Counted from the first letter of the stretch, positions 26,258 to 36,190 are shown. The stretch: 64,000 nt of DNA from Gaiellaceae bacterium (GCA_035653115.1 DASRCL010000005.1:32376-96375), one strand, 5' to 3'. Notes: generated by a model not told the origin, from the sequence alone. Translations and numbers: made by a program.

Positions 26258-27207
26258 GCCTCATTGTCGAGGTACCACGCGACGGTCCGAGCAAGCCCTT
26301 CGTCGATCGACGTGCGCGCGCGCCAGCCGAGCAGCCGCGCCGCCTTGTCCGTCGAGCCGATGTGGCGGTCGACCTGCCCCGGCCGCTCCGGAACGTGCTG
26401 CTTCAGGTCGGCAGGCTTGTCGAGCGCCTCGAGCACCTTGTCGGCGATCTCCGAGACGGAGATGTCGACGCCGGTGGCAACGTTGATCACCTCGCCCGCG
26501 AGCTCCTCGATCGGCGCCGCGATGATTGCCTCGATCGCCTCTGCGTCGTCGTCGACGTACAGCCAGTCGCGCGAGGCGTGGCCGTCGCCGTGGATCGTGA
26601 GCGGCTCGTCGGCGAGCGCCTGCGTGATGAAGCGCGGCACGACCTTCTCGGGGTGTTGGCGCGGGCCGTAGTTGTTGAACGGCCGCACGATCACGATCGG
26701 GAGCTCGTACGTCGTCCAGTACGAGTACGCGAGACGGTCGGCGCCGGCCTTCGTCGCCGCGTACGGCGAGCGCGGCTCGAGCGGGTGGTCCTCGTCCATC
26801 GGCGACTGCCGCGCCGTCCCGTACACCTCCGACGACGAGATGAGGATGAAGCGCTCGACCGGCGTCTCCCGGATCGCGTCCAGAAGGATCTGCGTCCCCT
26901 CGACGTTCGTCGTGACGAACTCGGACGCGCCGTACTCGATCGACTTCTCGACATGCGACTCGGCCGCCGCGTTGACGATCACGTCCACGCCGCCGACCAG
27001 CTCGCGCACGAGGCCCTCGTCGCGGACGTCGCCGTGCACGAACGACAGGCGCGGATGGCTGAGCACGTCGGCGAGGTTCTCGAGGTTGCCGGCGTACGTG
27101 AGCGCGTCGAGCGTGACGACCTCGTAATCCGTCGCGTCGAGCAGGTGCCGGATGAAGTTCGACGAGATGAATCCCGCCCCCCCGGTCACGAGAACCCGCC
27201 TGCTCAA
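26209..27207 (-). CDS. rfbB: dTDP-glucose 4,6-dehydratase
   Basis: Contains RRVLVTGGAGFISSNFIRHLL, YAATKAGADRL and NNYGPRQHPEKVVPRFI, a typical RmlB pattern. The TTG start forms a TTGA overlap with the upstream GT2 stop. Confidence 0.9.
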   Translation of the reverse strand: MSRRVLVTGGAGFISSNFIRHLLDATDYEVVTLDALTYAGNLENLADVLSHPRLSFVHGDVRDEGLVRELVGGVDVIVNAAAESHVEKSIEYGASEFVTTNVEGTQILLDAIRETPVERFILISSSEVYGTARQSPMDEDHPLEPRSPYAATKAGADRLAYSYWTTYELPIVIVRPFNNYGPRQHPEKVVPRFITQALADEPLTIHGDGHASRDWLYVDDDAEAIEAIIAAPIEELAGEVINVATGVDISVSEIADKVLEALDKPADLKQHVPERPGQVDRHIGSTDKAARLLGWRARTSIDEGLARTVAWYLDNEAWWRAILAREARAYSS

Positions 27208-28106
27208 AGCTCCTCCTCGATCGTGTACAACGGCCGTCCCTCGACGTTCCGCTGGATCCGTCCGAGCGACTCACCGATGAGCGCGAGGACGAACCCCTGG
27301 ATGCCGAGCACGAGCACTATGCCGACTCCCGCGAAGAGCGGCCCCGGGAAGTTGCTGTTCGCGACCCAGTAGACGAGCCCCCAGATCCCGATCGCGAACG
27401 CCGCGAGCGTGCACACGATCCCGAGCGTCACGCCGATCCACTGCACCGGCTGCGGCCAGAACCCGGCCACGACGTGCAGCGCGAGCCGGATCAGCCGCAG
27501 CGGGGAGTAGCGCGACCCCGAGCGCGCGGGGGCGTGCGCGACGTCCACCTCCTCGAACGAGACGCCGGACGACAGCACCAGCGCCTTCGTGAACTTCTGC
27601 CGGCCGATCGCGCCCAGCAGCGGCTCGACCGCCTCGCGGCGGTAGGCGTTGAAGGCGCAGCCGAAGTCGGAGATGCGGACGCCGGTGAAGCGCCGCAGCA
27701 GCCCGTTGATCGCGCGGCTCGGCAGCGTGCGGCCGGCCGAGTCGCGGCGCGCCACGCGACGTCCCGACGCCACGTCGACGCGTGTGAGCGCGTCGAGCAG
27801 CCTCGGGATGTCCTCCGGCTGGTTCTGAAGGTCGCCGTCCATCGTGACGATGCGGTCGCCGCGCGCGCGCACGAGCCCGGCGTGCATCGCCGGGTGCTGG
27901 CCGAAGTTGCGCTTGAACCGAACGACGCGGACGCGCGGGTCGCGCGCGTGCAGCGTCCGCAGCCGCGCGAACGTCTCGTCGGTCGAGCCGTCGTCGACGA
28001 AGATCGCCTCCCAGTCCGCACCGTCGAGGCTCGCGGCGATCCGCCGGTAGAGCTCGTCCACGGCGTGTTCCTCGTTCAGCAACGTCACGACGACCGAGAC
28101 GTCCAT
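27204..28106 (-). CDS. polyprenyl-phosphate glycosyltransferase (GT2, ArnC/GtrB/DPM1-like)
   Basis: Contains MDVSVVVTLLNEE, FVDDGSTDET, RNFGQHPA and MDGDLQNQPEDI. Two C-terminal TM helices follow. This is the architecture of ArnC/GtrB-type enzymes. Confidence 0.88.
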   Translation of the reverse strand: MDVSVVVTLLNEEHAVDELYRRIAASLDGADWEAIFVDDGSTDETFARLRTLHARDPRVRVVRFKRNFGQHPAMHAGLVRARGDRIVTMDGDLQNQPEDIPRLLDALTRVDVASGRRVARRDSAGRTLPSRAINGLLRRFTGVRISDFGCAFNAYRREAVEPLLGAIGRQKFTKALVLSSGVSFEEVDVAHAPARSGSRYSPLRLIRLALHVVAGFWPQPVQWIGVTLGIVCTLAAFAIGIWGLVYWVANSNFPGPLFAGVGIVLVLGIQGFVLALIGESLGRIQRNVEGRPLYTIEEEL

Positions 28107-28164
28107 CGGGTGCAGGCTAGTTCCTGCGGTACGAGCAGGTAAAAGCGAGCCTCAGGTCAAGGTC

Positions 28165-29286
28165 GTGGCTTTCGCGAGGACATATCGCGCGGCGCTCCCC
28201 ACCCTGTTCGGGTTCGTCGCGCTCGGCCTCTTCTGGGGCGCGTGGGCGTCGGTGCTCCCGAGCGTGCAGCGGGCGACGAACGTCTCCAAAGGGGCGCTCG
28301 GGTTCGCGCTGCTCTTCGTGACGGTCGGCTCGCTGCCGTCGATGTTCTTCCTGGCGCGACCGGCTGTCGACCGCTTCGGCGGCCGGACGGCGACCGTTTC
28401 GTGCGCATTGTTCGCCGCCGCAACGACGTTGCCAGGGTTGGCGACGTCACTCCCGGCCCTGGCCGGGACGCTCTTTCTCGCGGGCGCGGCGTCCGGAGCG
28501 CTCGACGTCGGCATCAACGCGAACGCGGCGGCGCTGGAGTCTGCAGAGAGCCGCCGGCTGATGCCGCTCGCGCACGGTCTCTACTCGGCCGGCGTGCTCC
28601 TCGGCGCGGTCGCCGCCGGGCTGGCACGCGCGGCGGGCGTGCACCGCGAGCCGATTCTGCTGGTCGTCGCCGCGGTCATCGCCCTCGCCGCGGCCCTGCT
28701 CGCACTCGACCGCCAGGCGGACCACGTGCTCGGCGCCGCGGCGGAGCCCGCGCCGCGGATCCGCATCCCGCGCGCGCTGCTCGCGATCGGCGCGGTCGGC
28801 GCCCTCGCGTTCATGATCGAGGGAGGAAGCGAGAGCTGGAGCGCGCTCTTCCTCGAGCGGCAGCTGCACGCTCACCCCGGAGTCAGCGGGCTCGGCCCCG
28901 GCGTCTTCGGTGCGTCGATGGCGGTCGGCCGCTTCTACGGGCAGGCGACGCGCTTCGGCGACCGCGCGCTGCTCGCCGGCGGCGCGCTCGTTGCGGCGGC
29001 CGGCTGTGCCGTCGTCGCGGGCGCGCCGGGGGCGTGGGCGGCGCTGCTCGGCCTCGCCCTGGCCGGAATCGGGATCGCGCTCAACGCGCCGATCCTGTTC
29101 GGCGCCGCGGGGCGCGTCGCCCCGAGCGCGGTCGCGACGGTGACGACGCTCGGCTACGTCGGGCTGCTCGTCGGGCCGCCGCTCGTCGGGGGCATCGCGC
29201 AGCTCACCAACCTCCGCGGGTCCTTCCTGCTCCTCGCCGCGGCGGCGGCCGGCGTCGCGGCCGCCGCCTCGAGGCTCCGGCTCTAG
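28165..29286 (+). CDS. MFS transporter
   Basis: 373 aa with about 12 hydrophobic helices throughout. GTG start. Confidence 0.8.
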   Translation: MAFARTYRAALPTLFGFVALGLFWGAWASVLPSVQRATNVSKGALGFALLFVTVGSLPSMFFLARPAVDRFGGRTATVSCALFAAATTLPGLATSLPALAGTLFLAGAASGALDVGINANAAALESAESRRLMPLAHGLYSAGVLLGAVAAGLARAAGVHREPILLVVAAVIALAAALLALDRQADHVLGAAAEPAPRIRIPRALLAIGAVGALAFMIEGGSESWSALFLERQLHAHPGVSGLGPGVFGASMAVGRFYGQATRFGDRALLAGGALVAAAGCAVVAGAPGAWAALLGLALAGIGIALNAPILFGAAGRVAPSAVATVTTLGYVGLLVGPPLVGGIAQLTNLRGSFLLLAAAAAGVAAAASRLRL

Positions 29287-30710
29287 GCTGCCCGCTCGAG
29301 CGCCGGCTCGAGCGCGGCGGACTCCGTCCGGACGCGCCGCACCCTGCCGATCGCGAACGCGGCGACGGCGCCGAGCGCGACCACCGCCGCGCCGATCCAG
29401 ACGGCGGCGTCCATGCCGTGGACGAACGTCTGGCCCGTCCGGTACCCGCCGTCGTGCGCGAAGACGGTCGCGAGCACCGCGACGCCGAAGACGCCCCCGA
29501 GCTCGCGGATCGCGTTGTTCACGCCGGAGGCCTGCCCTTCCTGCTCGCCGCGCACGCTCGACAGGACGACGTTCGCGATCGGCGCGAAGAACATCCCCAT
29601 GCCGGCGCCCGACACCGCGAAGGGGACGACGAGCGACCAGTAGCCGAGCGACGGCGTCGACACGGCGGCGATCCACGCGAGCCCAAGCGCCTGCAAGGCG
29701 AGGCCGGTGCCGATGATGCGGCTCGGCGGGATCCGGTCGGACAGCGCCCCGGCGACCGGCGCGACGATCATCGGCATGGCAGTCCACGGCAGGATCCGCA
29801 GCCCCGAGTTGAGCGGCGTCGCGTGCTGGACCGTCTGGAAGAACTGGGCGAGCAGGAACACCGACCCGAACATGCCGAAGCTCATCAGCAGCGACGCGAC
29901 GTTCGCCAGCGCGAACGTCCGGCGGCGGAAGAAGGCGATCGGCAGCATCGGGTGCTGGGCGCGCAGCTCCCAGGCGACGAACCCCGCGAGGACGGCCGCG
30001 CCGCCTGCGAGCGCCGCCACGACCTCCGCCGAGGTCCAGCCGACGGTGTTCGCGCGCACGAGGCCCCAGACGATCCCGAAGAGCCCGCCGCTCGCGAGCA
30101 GGAGGCCGCGCAGGTCGATGCGGCCGAAGGGCCCCGTGCTCTCGTCGAGGCGCGTGAGCGCGAGCGGCAGTAGCACGAGCCCGACCGGGACGTTCAGCCA
30201 GAAGACCCAGTGCCAGGAGATGCCGTCGACGACGGCGCCGCCGACCAGCGGCCCGAAGGCCACCGCAAGCCCGCTGATCCCGCCCCAGGCGCCGAGGAAG
30301 ACGCCGCGCCGCTCGGGCGGGACGGCGGCCGAGAGGATCGTCAGCGTGAGCGGCATGACGATCGCGCCGCCGACGCCCTGGACGGCACGCGCCGCATCGA
30401 GAACCCCGATCGTCGGCGCGAGCGCCGCGGCCGCGGAGGCGATGGTGAAGAGGCCGATGCCGAGCGCGAACAGGCGCCGCCGCCCGAACCGGTCGCCGAG
30501 CGCCGCACCCGTCAGGAGGAGCACGGCGAACGTCAGTGTGTAGGCGTTCACCGTCCATTCGAGACCGCTCAGCCCGGCGTGCAGGTCGCGGCGGATCACC
30601 GGGATCGCCGTCGTGACCACGAGGTTGTCGAGCGTGACCATGAAGAGCGCCGCGGAGGTGATCGCGAACGTCCACCAGCTACTCGAGCGCTTTTGTATGT
30701 GATTCATCAC
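29283..30710 (-). CDS. MFS transporter, DHA2 (EmrB/QacA) drug:H+ antiporter family
   Basis: Contains FMVTLDNLVVTTAIPVI, LEWTVNAYTLTFAVLLLTGAALGDRFGRRRLF (motif A) and about 14 TM segments. The start is GTG 30710 or ATG 30707. Confidence 0.9.
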   Translation of the reverse strand: MMNHIQKRSSSWWTFAITSAALFMVTLDNLVVTTAIPVIRRDLHAGLSGLEWTVNAYTLTFAVLLLTGAALGDRFGRRRLFALGIGLFTIASAAAALAPTIGVLDAARAVQGVGGAIVMPLTLTILSAAVPPERRGVFLGAWGGISGLAVAFGPLVGGAVVDGISWHWVFWLNVPVGLVLLPLALTRLDESTGPFGRIDLRGLLLASGGLFGIVWGLVRANTVGWTSAEVVAALAGGAAVLAGFVAWELRAQHPMLPIAFFRRRTFALANVASLLMSFGMFGSVFLLAQFFQTVQHATPLNSGLRILPWTAMPMIVAPVAGALSDRIPPSRIIGTGLALQALGLAWIAAVSTPSLGYWSLVVPFAVSGAGMGMFFAPIANVVLSSVRGEQEGQASGVNNAIRELGGVFGVAVLATVFAHDGGYRTGQTFVHGMDAAVWIGAAVVALGAVAAFAIGRVRRVRTESAALEPALERAA

Positions 30711-30739
30711 TTCCCTACTTGCGAAAAAAGTTCAGCGGA

Positions 30740-30765
30740 GTGAGGTATGGGTACCCATACCTCAC
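30740..30765. promoter_or_regulatory. perfect 26-nt palindrome: candidate TetR operator, or a hairpin between tetR and the MFS gene
   Basis: GTGAGGTATGGGT/ACCCATACCTCAC is a perfect palindrome and is AT-rich for this genome. It overlaps the last 4 nt of the TetR ORF and ends 29 nt upstream of the MFS start. On the transcribed strand it is followed 10 nt later by TTTTTT. Confidence 0.5.
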
Positions 30766-31307
30766 CGGGCGTCCTGGCAGCCGGCGATGAGGCGCCGCCC
30801 CCAGTCCTCCCCGGGCGCGCCCATCGAGGCGAGCACGTTCAGCAGCATCCCGTGCGCGAAGAAGCGCGACACGTCCTGCGGCGACAGGCCGGAGACGCGC
30901 TCGACGTAGGCGACCAGGTCGCCGAACCCGTTTCGAACCGCCGTCGCGACGGCCGGGTCCTCGCAGGCTGCGTACGCCTGCATCTGCGCCCGCAGGTAGA
31001 GACGGTCGGCGCCGAGCAGTTGCTCGTACGCCTGACCGATCGCGTCGAGCGCCTCTTCACCGCGCAGTCCCTCCGCCGCGCGTTGGAAGAGCTCCAATGT
31101 CTGGCGGAAGCAGCGGTTGACGACCGCGAGGTACAGGTCCTTCTTCGTTCCGAAGAGACGGAACACGTACGGCTGGGAGATGCCGGCCGCCCGGGCGATG
31201 TCCTCGGTCGACGAGCCGTGGAGGCCGTTCGCGGCGAAGACGGCCATGGCCGCGTCGAGGATCTCCTCGCGCCGCTCCTCCCTCGTCTTGCGTTCGCTCG
31301 CGACCAC
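30762..31307 (-). CDS. TetR/AcrR family transcriptional regulator
   Basis: N-terminal HTH: REEILDAAMAVFAANGLHGSSTEDIARAAGISQPYVFRLFGTK. Confidence 0.92.
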   Translation of the reverse strand: MVASERKTREERREEILDAAMAVFAANGLHGSSTEDIARAAGISQPYVFRLFGTKKDLYLAVVNRCFRQTLELFQRAAEGLRGEEALDAIGQAYEQLLGADRLYLRAQMQAYAACEDPAVATAVRNGFGDLVAYVERVSGLSPQDVSRFFAHGMLLNVLASMGAPGEDWGRRLIAGCQDAR

Positions 31308-31316
31308 GGCGAGAGG

Positions 31317-32393
31317 TTAGTGATTACTCACTTCTCTGTCAAGCGCCTCGGCGACGCGGTCGAGATCCGACTCGGTCAGCCGCGTGTGGAACGGCAGGGC
31401 GAGCGCGCGCTCGAACACGCGGGACGCGCCGGGGAACTCGCCCTGGTCGCGGTAGGCGCCGAGCAGGTGCAGGGCGTACGTGCCGATCTGCGCCTCGATC
31501 CCCTGGGCTCGCAGCGCCGCGAGGATGCGGTCGCGGTCGTCGACCTGGACGACGTAGGCCTGCCAGCCGTGGACGTCGCCGTCGTCGGTGTCCGGCAGCT
31601 GCACCGGCAGGTGGCGGAGGCGGTCGGCGTACCCCGCCGCGACGCGCGTGCGCGCGGCGAGCAGCTCGTCGAGGCGCCTCAGCTGCGGCAGCCCGACGGC
31701 GCAGAGGATGTCCGACAGCCGGTAGTTGAAGCCGGGCTCCGGCATGTCCGCCGGAGCGAGCGAGCGCCAGCCGTGATTGCGCCGCGCGCCGACCGCGGCG
31801 GCGACGTCCGCGTCGTCGGTGGTCACGGCGCCGCCCTCGCCCGTGGTGACGATCTTGCGCGGGTGGAAGCTCAGGCAGCCGAGCAGGCCGAGGCCGCCGC
31901 AGGCGAGCCCGCGCCGTCGCGCGCCGAGCGCGCCGGCGGCGTCCTCGAGCACCGGCACGCCGTCCGGGAGCTCCTCGACCGGCGCCGGGCGCCCGAAGAG
32001 GTGGACGACGAGCACCGCCTTCGTCCGCGGCCCTACCCGGATTCGCTCCGGGTCCACGTTCATCGTCCGCGGGTCGACGTCCACGAGGACGGGCCGCAGC
32101 CCGGCGAGCGCGACGACGTTCGCCGTCGCCGGAAACGTGTACGCAGGCACGAGCACCTCGTCGCCCCGCTCGAGCCCGAGCGCGAGCACCGCCAGGTGCA
32201 GCGCGGCCGTCCCGGACGAGACCGCGAGCGCGTGCTCGACCTCGCAGGCGCGCGCGAGCTCGCGCTCGAACTCGGCCACCTTCGGACCCATCGTCAGCGT
32301 GCCGCTGTCGAGGACCTCACGCACCTCGGCCAGCTCGGCGTCGCCGAGGTCGGGCAGTCCTAGGCGGATGCGAGCGCCTTCGCCCTGTACCAC
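31317..32393 (-). CDS. DegT/DnrJ/EryC1/StrS family PLP-dependent sugar aminotransferase
   Basis: Contains IRLGLPDLGDAELAEVREVLDSG, AVSSGTAALHLAVLALG and LSFHPRKIVTTGEGG. The start is set at GTG 32393 (34-nt overlap with the upstream gene) and is uncertain. Confidence 0.88.
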   Translation of the reverse strand: MVQGEGARIRLGLPDLGDAELAEVREVLDSGTLTMGPKVAEFERELARACEVEHALAVSSGTAALHLAVLALGLERGDEVLVPAYTFPATANVVALAGLRPVLVDVDPRTMNVDPERIRVGPRTKAVLVVHLFGRPAPVEELPDGVPVLEDAAGALGARRRGLACGGLGLLGCLSFHPRKIVTTGEGGAVTTDDADVAAAVGARRNHGWRSLAPADMPEPGFNYRLSDILCAVGLPQLRRLDELLAARTRVAAGYADRLRHLPVQLPDTDDGDVHGWQAYVVQVDDRDRILAALRAQGIEAQIGTYALHLLGAYRDQGEFPGASRVFERALALPFHTRLTESDLDRVAEALDREVSNH

Positions 32394-33328
32394 GCGATCG
32401 TCTTCTCGAGGCCCTCGTCGAGCTCGACGACCGGCTCCCAGTCGAGCAGCTCGCGCGCCTTCTCGACGTTCGGGATCCGCAGCTCGACGTCGGCGTAGTG
32501 CAACGGCTGGAAGACGATGTCGACAGGCGCGCCCGACAGCCGCCTGATGCGCTGCGCGAGGTCGTAGATCGTCACCGCCGAGCGCGGGTTGCCGATGTTG
32601 AAGGTCTGCCCGACGGCCGCCGGGTGCTCCAGGCAGGCGAGCACGCCGGCCACCATGTCCGTCACGTACGTCCACGCGCGGATCTGCGACCCGTCGCCGT
32701 GGATCCTCAGGTCGCGCTCGGCGAGCGCCGCCTCGATGAAGGCGCGGATCGCGCCGCCGCCGATCTGCCCGGGCCCGTAGACGTTGAACGGATGGACGGT
32801 CACGGTCGGCAGCCCGAGCTCGTCGTGGTACGCGTGCGCCATGTGCTCCCCGGCGAGCTTCGAGACGGCGTACGTCCAGCGCGCCTCGCCGACCGAGCCG
32901 ATCGTCGACACCTGCCCCTCCTGCACGCGGAACGCGTGGGTTCCGAAGACCTCGCTCGTCGAGAAGTCGACGAAGCGCTCGAGCGTCGACCCCGTCGCGA
33001 GCGCCGCCTCGAGCGCGTTGTACGTGCCGATGACGTTCACGCGCATCGTCCGCACGGGGCTCTCGAGCACCGTGTCGACGCCGGCGATCGCGGCGCAGTG
33101 GACGACGTGCGTGGCGCCCGCCGCAGCCTCGCGCAGCGCGTCCGCGTCGAGGACGTCGCCGTGGATCAGCTCGAAGTTCGGGTGGTCGCCGAGGTCGGTG
33201 CCCGAGAGCGCGTCGCGGTGCAGGTTGTCGTAGGCGACGATCGTGTTGCGGTCGACGAGCTCGCGCGCCAGCGTCGTCGCGATGAAGCCCGCGCCGCCGG
33301 TGACGAAGATGCGCTTCCCCTCGAGCAT
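32360..33328 (-). CDS. NAD-dependent epimerase/dehydratase (extended SDR)
   Basis: Contains MLEGKRIFVTGGAGFIATTLAREL and WTYAVSKLAGE (YxxxK). ATG 33328 is preferred. The track ORF begins at GTG 33367. Confidence 0.88.
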   Translation of the reverse strand: MLEGKRIFVTGGAGFIATTLARELVDRNTIVAYDNLHRDALSGTDLGDHPNFELIHGDVLDADALREAAAGATHVVHCAAIAGVDTVLESPVRTMRVNVIGTYNALEAALATGSTLERFVDFSTSEVFGTHAFRVQEGQVSTIGSVGEARWTYAVSKLAGEHMAHAYHDELGLPTVTVHPFNVYGPGQIGGGAIRAFIEAALAERDLRIHGDGSQIRAWTYVTDMVAGVLACLEHPAAVGQTFNIGNPRSAVTIYDLAQRIRRLSGAPVDIVFQPLHYADVELRIPNVEKARELLDWEPVVELDEGLEKTIAWYRAKALASA

Positions 33329-33351
33329 GCGGCGAAGGTTAGCTTTGGCGC

Positions 33352-34290
33352 GTGGACCCTCGGGCACGGGCGGAAACCGCGCGCGCGGTCGAGGCGGCCC
33401 CAGTCGCCGGCGGACCGCTCAAGCGGCGGCTCGCGCGCGCGGCGGAGCCGCTCGCGCGAGCGCAGCGCGCGTTCAACGACGCGATCCTCGCTGTCTCCGA
33501 CGCGCTCTCGGAGCGGATCGACGACGCGTCCGCGCGCGCCGCGGCGGCCGAGCGGCGCGTACGCGAGCTCGAGGAGCGGCTGCTGCGGCTCGAGCGCCGC
33601 GCCGGCGACGCACCACGCACCGTCGCGGCGCAGCCGCGGCAGGACGCGCTGCCGGATTACTTCGTCTACGAGTCGCGCATGCGGGCGCCTGCTGCGGAGG
33701 TGCGCGAGCGGCAGCGCCCCTACGTCGAGCTGCTGCGCGGGCGCGCTCCGGTGCTCGACGTCGGCTGCGGACGCGGGGAGCTGCTCGCACTGCTGCGCGA
33801 GGCGGGGATCGAGGCCCGCGGCGTGGACGCGGACGCGGACATGGTCGCGTTCGCGCGCGGCGACGGGCTCGCGGTCGAGCAGCAGGACCTTTTCGAGGCG
33901 CTGGCCGACGCACATGATCTCGGGGCGATCACGGCGCTGCAGGTCGTCGAGCACCTGCCGCCGCCGCTGCTCGGGCGCTTCCTGGAGCTTGCGCGCGCGG
34001 CGCTGCGCCCCGGCGGCCTGCTCGTCGCCGAGACGATCAACCCGGCGACGCCCGCGGCGCTGCGGCACTACTTCGCCGACCTGACGCACGCCCAGCCGCT
34101 CGTCCCCGAGACGCTCGAGCTACTCGTCCGCCATGCGGGCTTCCGCGAGGTCGAGATCCGCTGGCTCAACGCGCCGCCGCCGCACGACGACGAGCGGATC
34201 ACCGCGCAGCTCTTCGCGCCGCTCGACTACGCCATTGTCGCGCGGCCTGACGTCCGCCGCCGCCCGGCCGCGCCACGGCCGCCGCAGTAG
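33352..34290 (+). CDS. class I SAM-dependent methyltransferase with N-terminal coiled-coil
   Basis: SAM motif I VLDVGCGRGELL, plus LVAETINP. The N-terminal ~90 aa are heptad-like (ERRVRELEERLLRLERR). The exact start is uncertain. Confidence 0.82.
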   Translation: MDPRARAETARAVEAAPVAGGPLKRRLARAAEPLARAQRAFNDAILAVSDALSERIDDASARAAAAERRVRELEERLLRLERRAGDAPRTVAAQPRQDALPDYFVYESRMRAPAAEVRERQRPYVELLRGRAPVLDVGCGRGELLALLREAGIEARGVDADADMVAFARGDGLAVEQQDLFEALADAHDLGAITALQVVEHLPPPLLGRFLELARAALRPGGLLVAETINPATPAALRHYFADLTHAQPLVPETLELLVRHAGFREVEIRWLNAPPPHDDERITAQLFAPLDYAIVARPDVRRRPAAPRPPQ

Positions 34291-34300
34291 CATCGCGCGG

Positions 34301-35512
34301 GTGGCGAAGACCGTCCTCTTCGTCGGCGCGGGCCGCCACCAGCAGCGTGCGATCGCGCAGGCGAAGGAGATGGGACTTCGCGTCGCCGCCGTCGACGGCG
34401 ACGCGGAGGCGCCGGGACTGCGGGAAGCCGACGTCGCGAAGGTGGTCGACTTCTCGGACGTCGAGGCGGTGCTCAAGGCGACCGCGCGGCTGAAGCTCGA
34501 CGGCGTGCTGACGGTCAGCGCCGACCGCGCCGTGCCGGTCGTCGCGGCGATCGCCGAAGCGCGGGGGCTTCCCGGCATCGGCACGAGCACCGCGCATTTG
34601 ATGACGCACAAGGTCGCGATGCGGCGGCGGCTCGCCGAGGCCGGCGTGCCGCAGCCGCGGTTCGCGGCGATCCGGACGATGTCGGAGCGCCGGCGCGCGG
34701 CCGACGAGGTCGGCTTCCCCGCGGTGTTGAAGCCCGCCGACTCGGGCGGCCAGCGCGGCGTCTTCCGCGTCGACTCGCTCGACGACGTCGAGGCCCACCT
34801 CCACGAGGCGCTGATCGCGTCCCCGACCGGCGAGGCGATCCTCGAGGAGTTCGTCGACGGCACGGAGATGAACGGCATCGTCCTCGCGCGGCGCGGCGAC
34901 GCGATCCCGCTCACGCTTTCCGACCGGCTACGGCCCCCGGGGATCGGCTTCGGCGTCGGCTGGATCCACGTCTACCCGGCGTCCGTGTTCGGCGACCAGC
35001 TCGAGCTGGCGGAGCGCGTCGCGGTGCACACCGTGCACGCGCTCGGGCTCGCGACCGGCATCGCGTTCCCGCAGCTGATCGCGACGGCGGACGGCCGCGT
35101 CGTCGTGGTCGAGTGCGCCGCCCGCATTCCGGGCGGGCAGATGGCCGACCTGGTGCGATTCGCGGTCGGCGTCGACCTCGTCGAGCTGCAGATCCGGATA
35201 GCGCTCGGCGAGGAGCTCCCCGACGAGCTCGTGCGGCCAAAGTTCTCGCAGCCGCTCGCGATCCGGTTCCTCACGGCTCAGCCCGGCCCCCTGCCGACGG
35301 GCCGCGTCAAGCGCGTGGGGCCGCTCGATAAGGTGCTTGCATTTCCGGGAGTGGTGCAGGCGGAGAGCTACCTGCAGGTGGGCGAGACGATCCGCCCCGT
35401 GCGGCTCGACGGCGACCGGCGCGGCTACGTGATCGCGACCGCGGAGACCAGCATCGAAGCGCTCGAGCGCGCCGAGGCGGCCGCGCGGCTCCTCGACGTG
35501 GAGGTCGAGTGA
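34301..35512 (+). CDS. ATP-grasp domain ligase (paralogue 3)
   Basis: GTG 34301. Contains VAKTVLFVGAGRHQQ, THKVAMRRRLAEAGVPQP, FPAVLKPADSGGQRGVFRV and GVGWIHVYPAS. It is very similar to 23577..24782. Confidence 0.88.
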   Translation: MAKTVLFVGAGRHQQRAIAQAKEMGLRVAAVDGDAEAPGLREADVAKVVDFSDVEAVLKATARLKLDGVLTVSADRAVPVVAAIAEARGLPGIGTSTAHLMTHKVAMRRRLAEAGVPQPRFAAIRTMSERRRAADEVGFPAVLKPADSGGQRGVFRVDSLDDVEAHLHEALIASPTGEAILEEFVDGTEMNGIVLARRGDAIPLTLSDRLRPPGIGFGVGWIHVYPASVFGDQLELAERVAVHTVHALGLATGIAFPQLIATADGRVVVVECAARIPGGQMADLVRFAVGVDLVELQIRIALGEELPDELVRPKFSQPLAIRFLTAQPGPLPTGRVKRVGPLDKVLAFPGVVQAESYLQVGETIRPVRLDGDRRGYVIATAETSIEALERAEAAARLLDVEVE

Positions 35513-36177
35513 CTCGTCCGGCGGAGGCGCTCGCCGCAGCCTGCGACTTCTCGCTCGAGCACTACCGCGAGCTGCTCCGGGCCGCCCGCGCCGGCGGCTA
35601 CCGGTGGGCCGGCTTCGACCGGCCGCCGCAGCCCGGCGACCTGCTCCTGCGCCACGACGTCGACCTGTCGCTCGACGCCGCGCTCGTGCTCGCGGAGGTG
35701 GAGGCCGACGAGGGCGCGTGGTCGACGTGGTTCCTGATGACGCGGTCGGTCTTCTACAACCTCGCCTCGGAGCCGGGCGAGCGCGCGGTCGCGCGGCTGC
35801 GCGAGCTCGGTCATCGCGTCGCGCATCACGCCGTGTACCCGCACGTCGACCTCGACGAGCGCTTCGACCGCGTCTTCGCGTGGCACAACCCCGACCCGTC
35901 GTGGATGCACTCGAACGTCGACGGCGCCGTCAACGTGATGGCGCCGCCGTTCTTCGACCCGGCGCGCTACCGCTCGGACTCGAACCACCGGTGGCGGAAC
36001 GGCTGCCCGCACGACGCGCTCGCGCGCGGCGAGTTCGACTGGCTGCAGCTGCTGACGCACCCGGAGATCTGGGCGTTCGACGGCGCGACGATGCGCGAGA
36101 CGATGGAGTCGATGCTCGAGCACGACCGCGCGGTGCGGCTCGAGCACCTGCGGCAGGACCGGATCGACCTCACGTGA
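35509..36177 (+). CDS. hypothetical protein, tentatively polysaccharide-deacetylase-like
   Basis: The GTG start forms a GTGA overlap. LLLRHDVDLSLDAALVLAEVEADEGAWSTWFLM resembles the HDVD-type N-terminus of deacetylase-fold proteins. His-rich stretches are present (HRVAHHAVYPH). The assignment is tentative. Confidence 0.5.
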   Translation: MTRPAEALAAACDFSLEHYRELLRAARAGGYRWAGFDRPPQPGDLLLRHDVDLSLDAALVLAEVEADEGAWSTWFLMTRSVFYNLASEPGERAVARLRELGHRVAHHAVYPHVDLDERFDRVFAWHNPDPSWMHSNVDGAVNVMAPPFFDPARYRSDSNHRWRNGCPHDALARGEFDWLQLLTHPEIWAFDGATMRETMESMLEHDRAVRLEHLRQDRIDLT

Positions 36178-36190
36178 CTACCGTGGCGGC

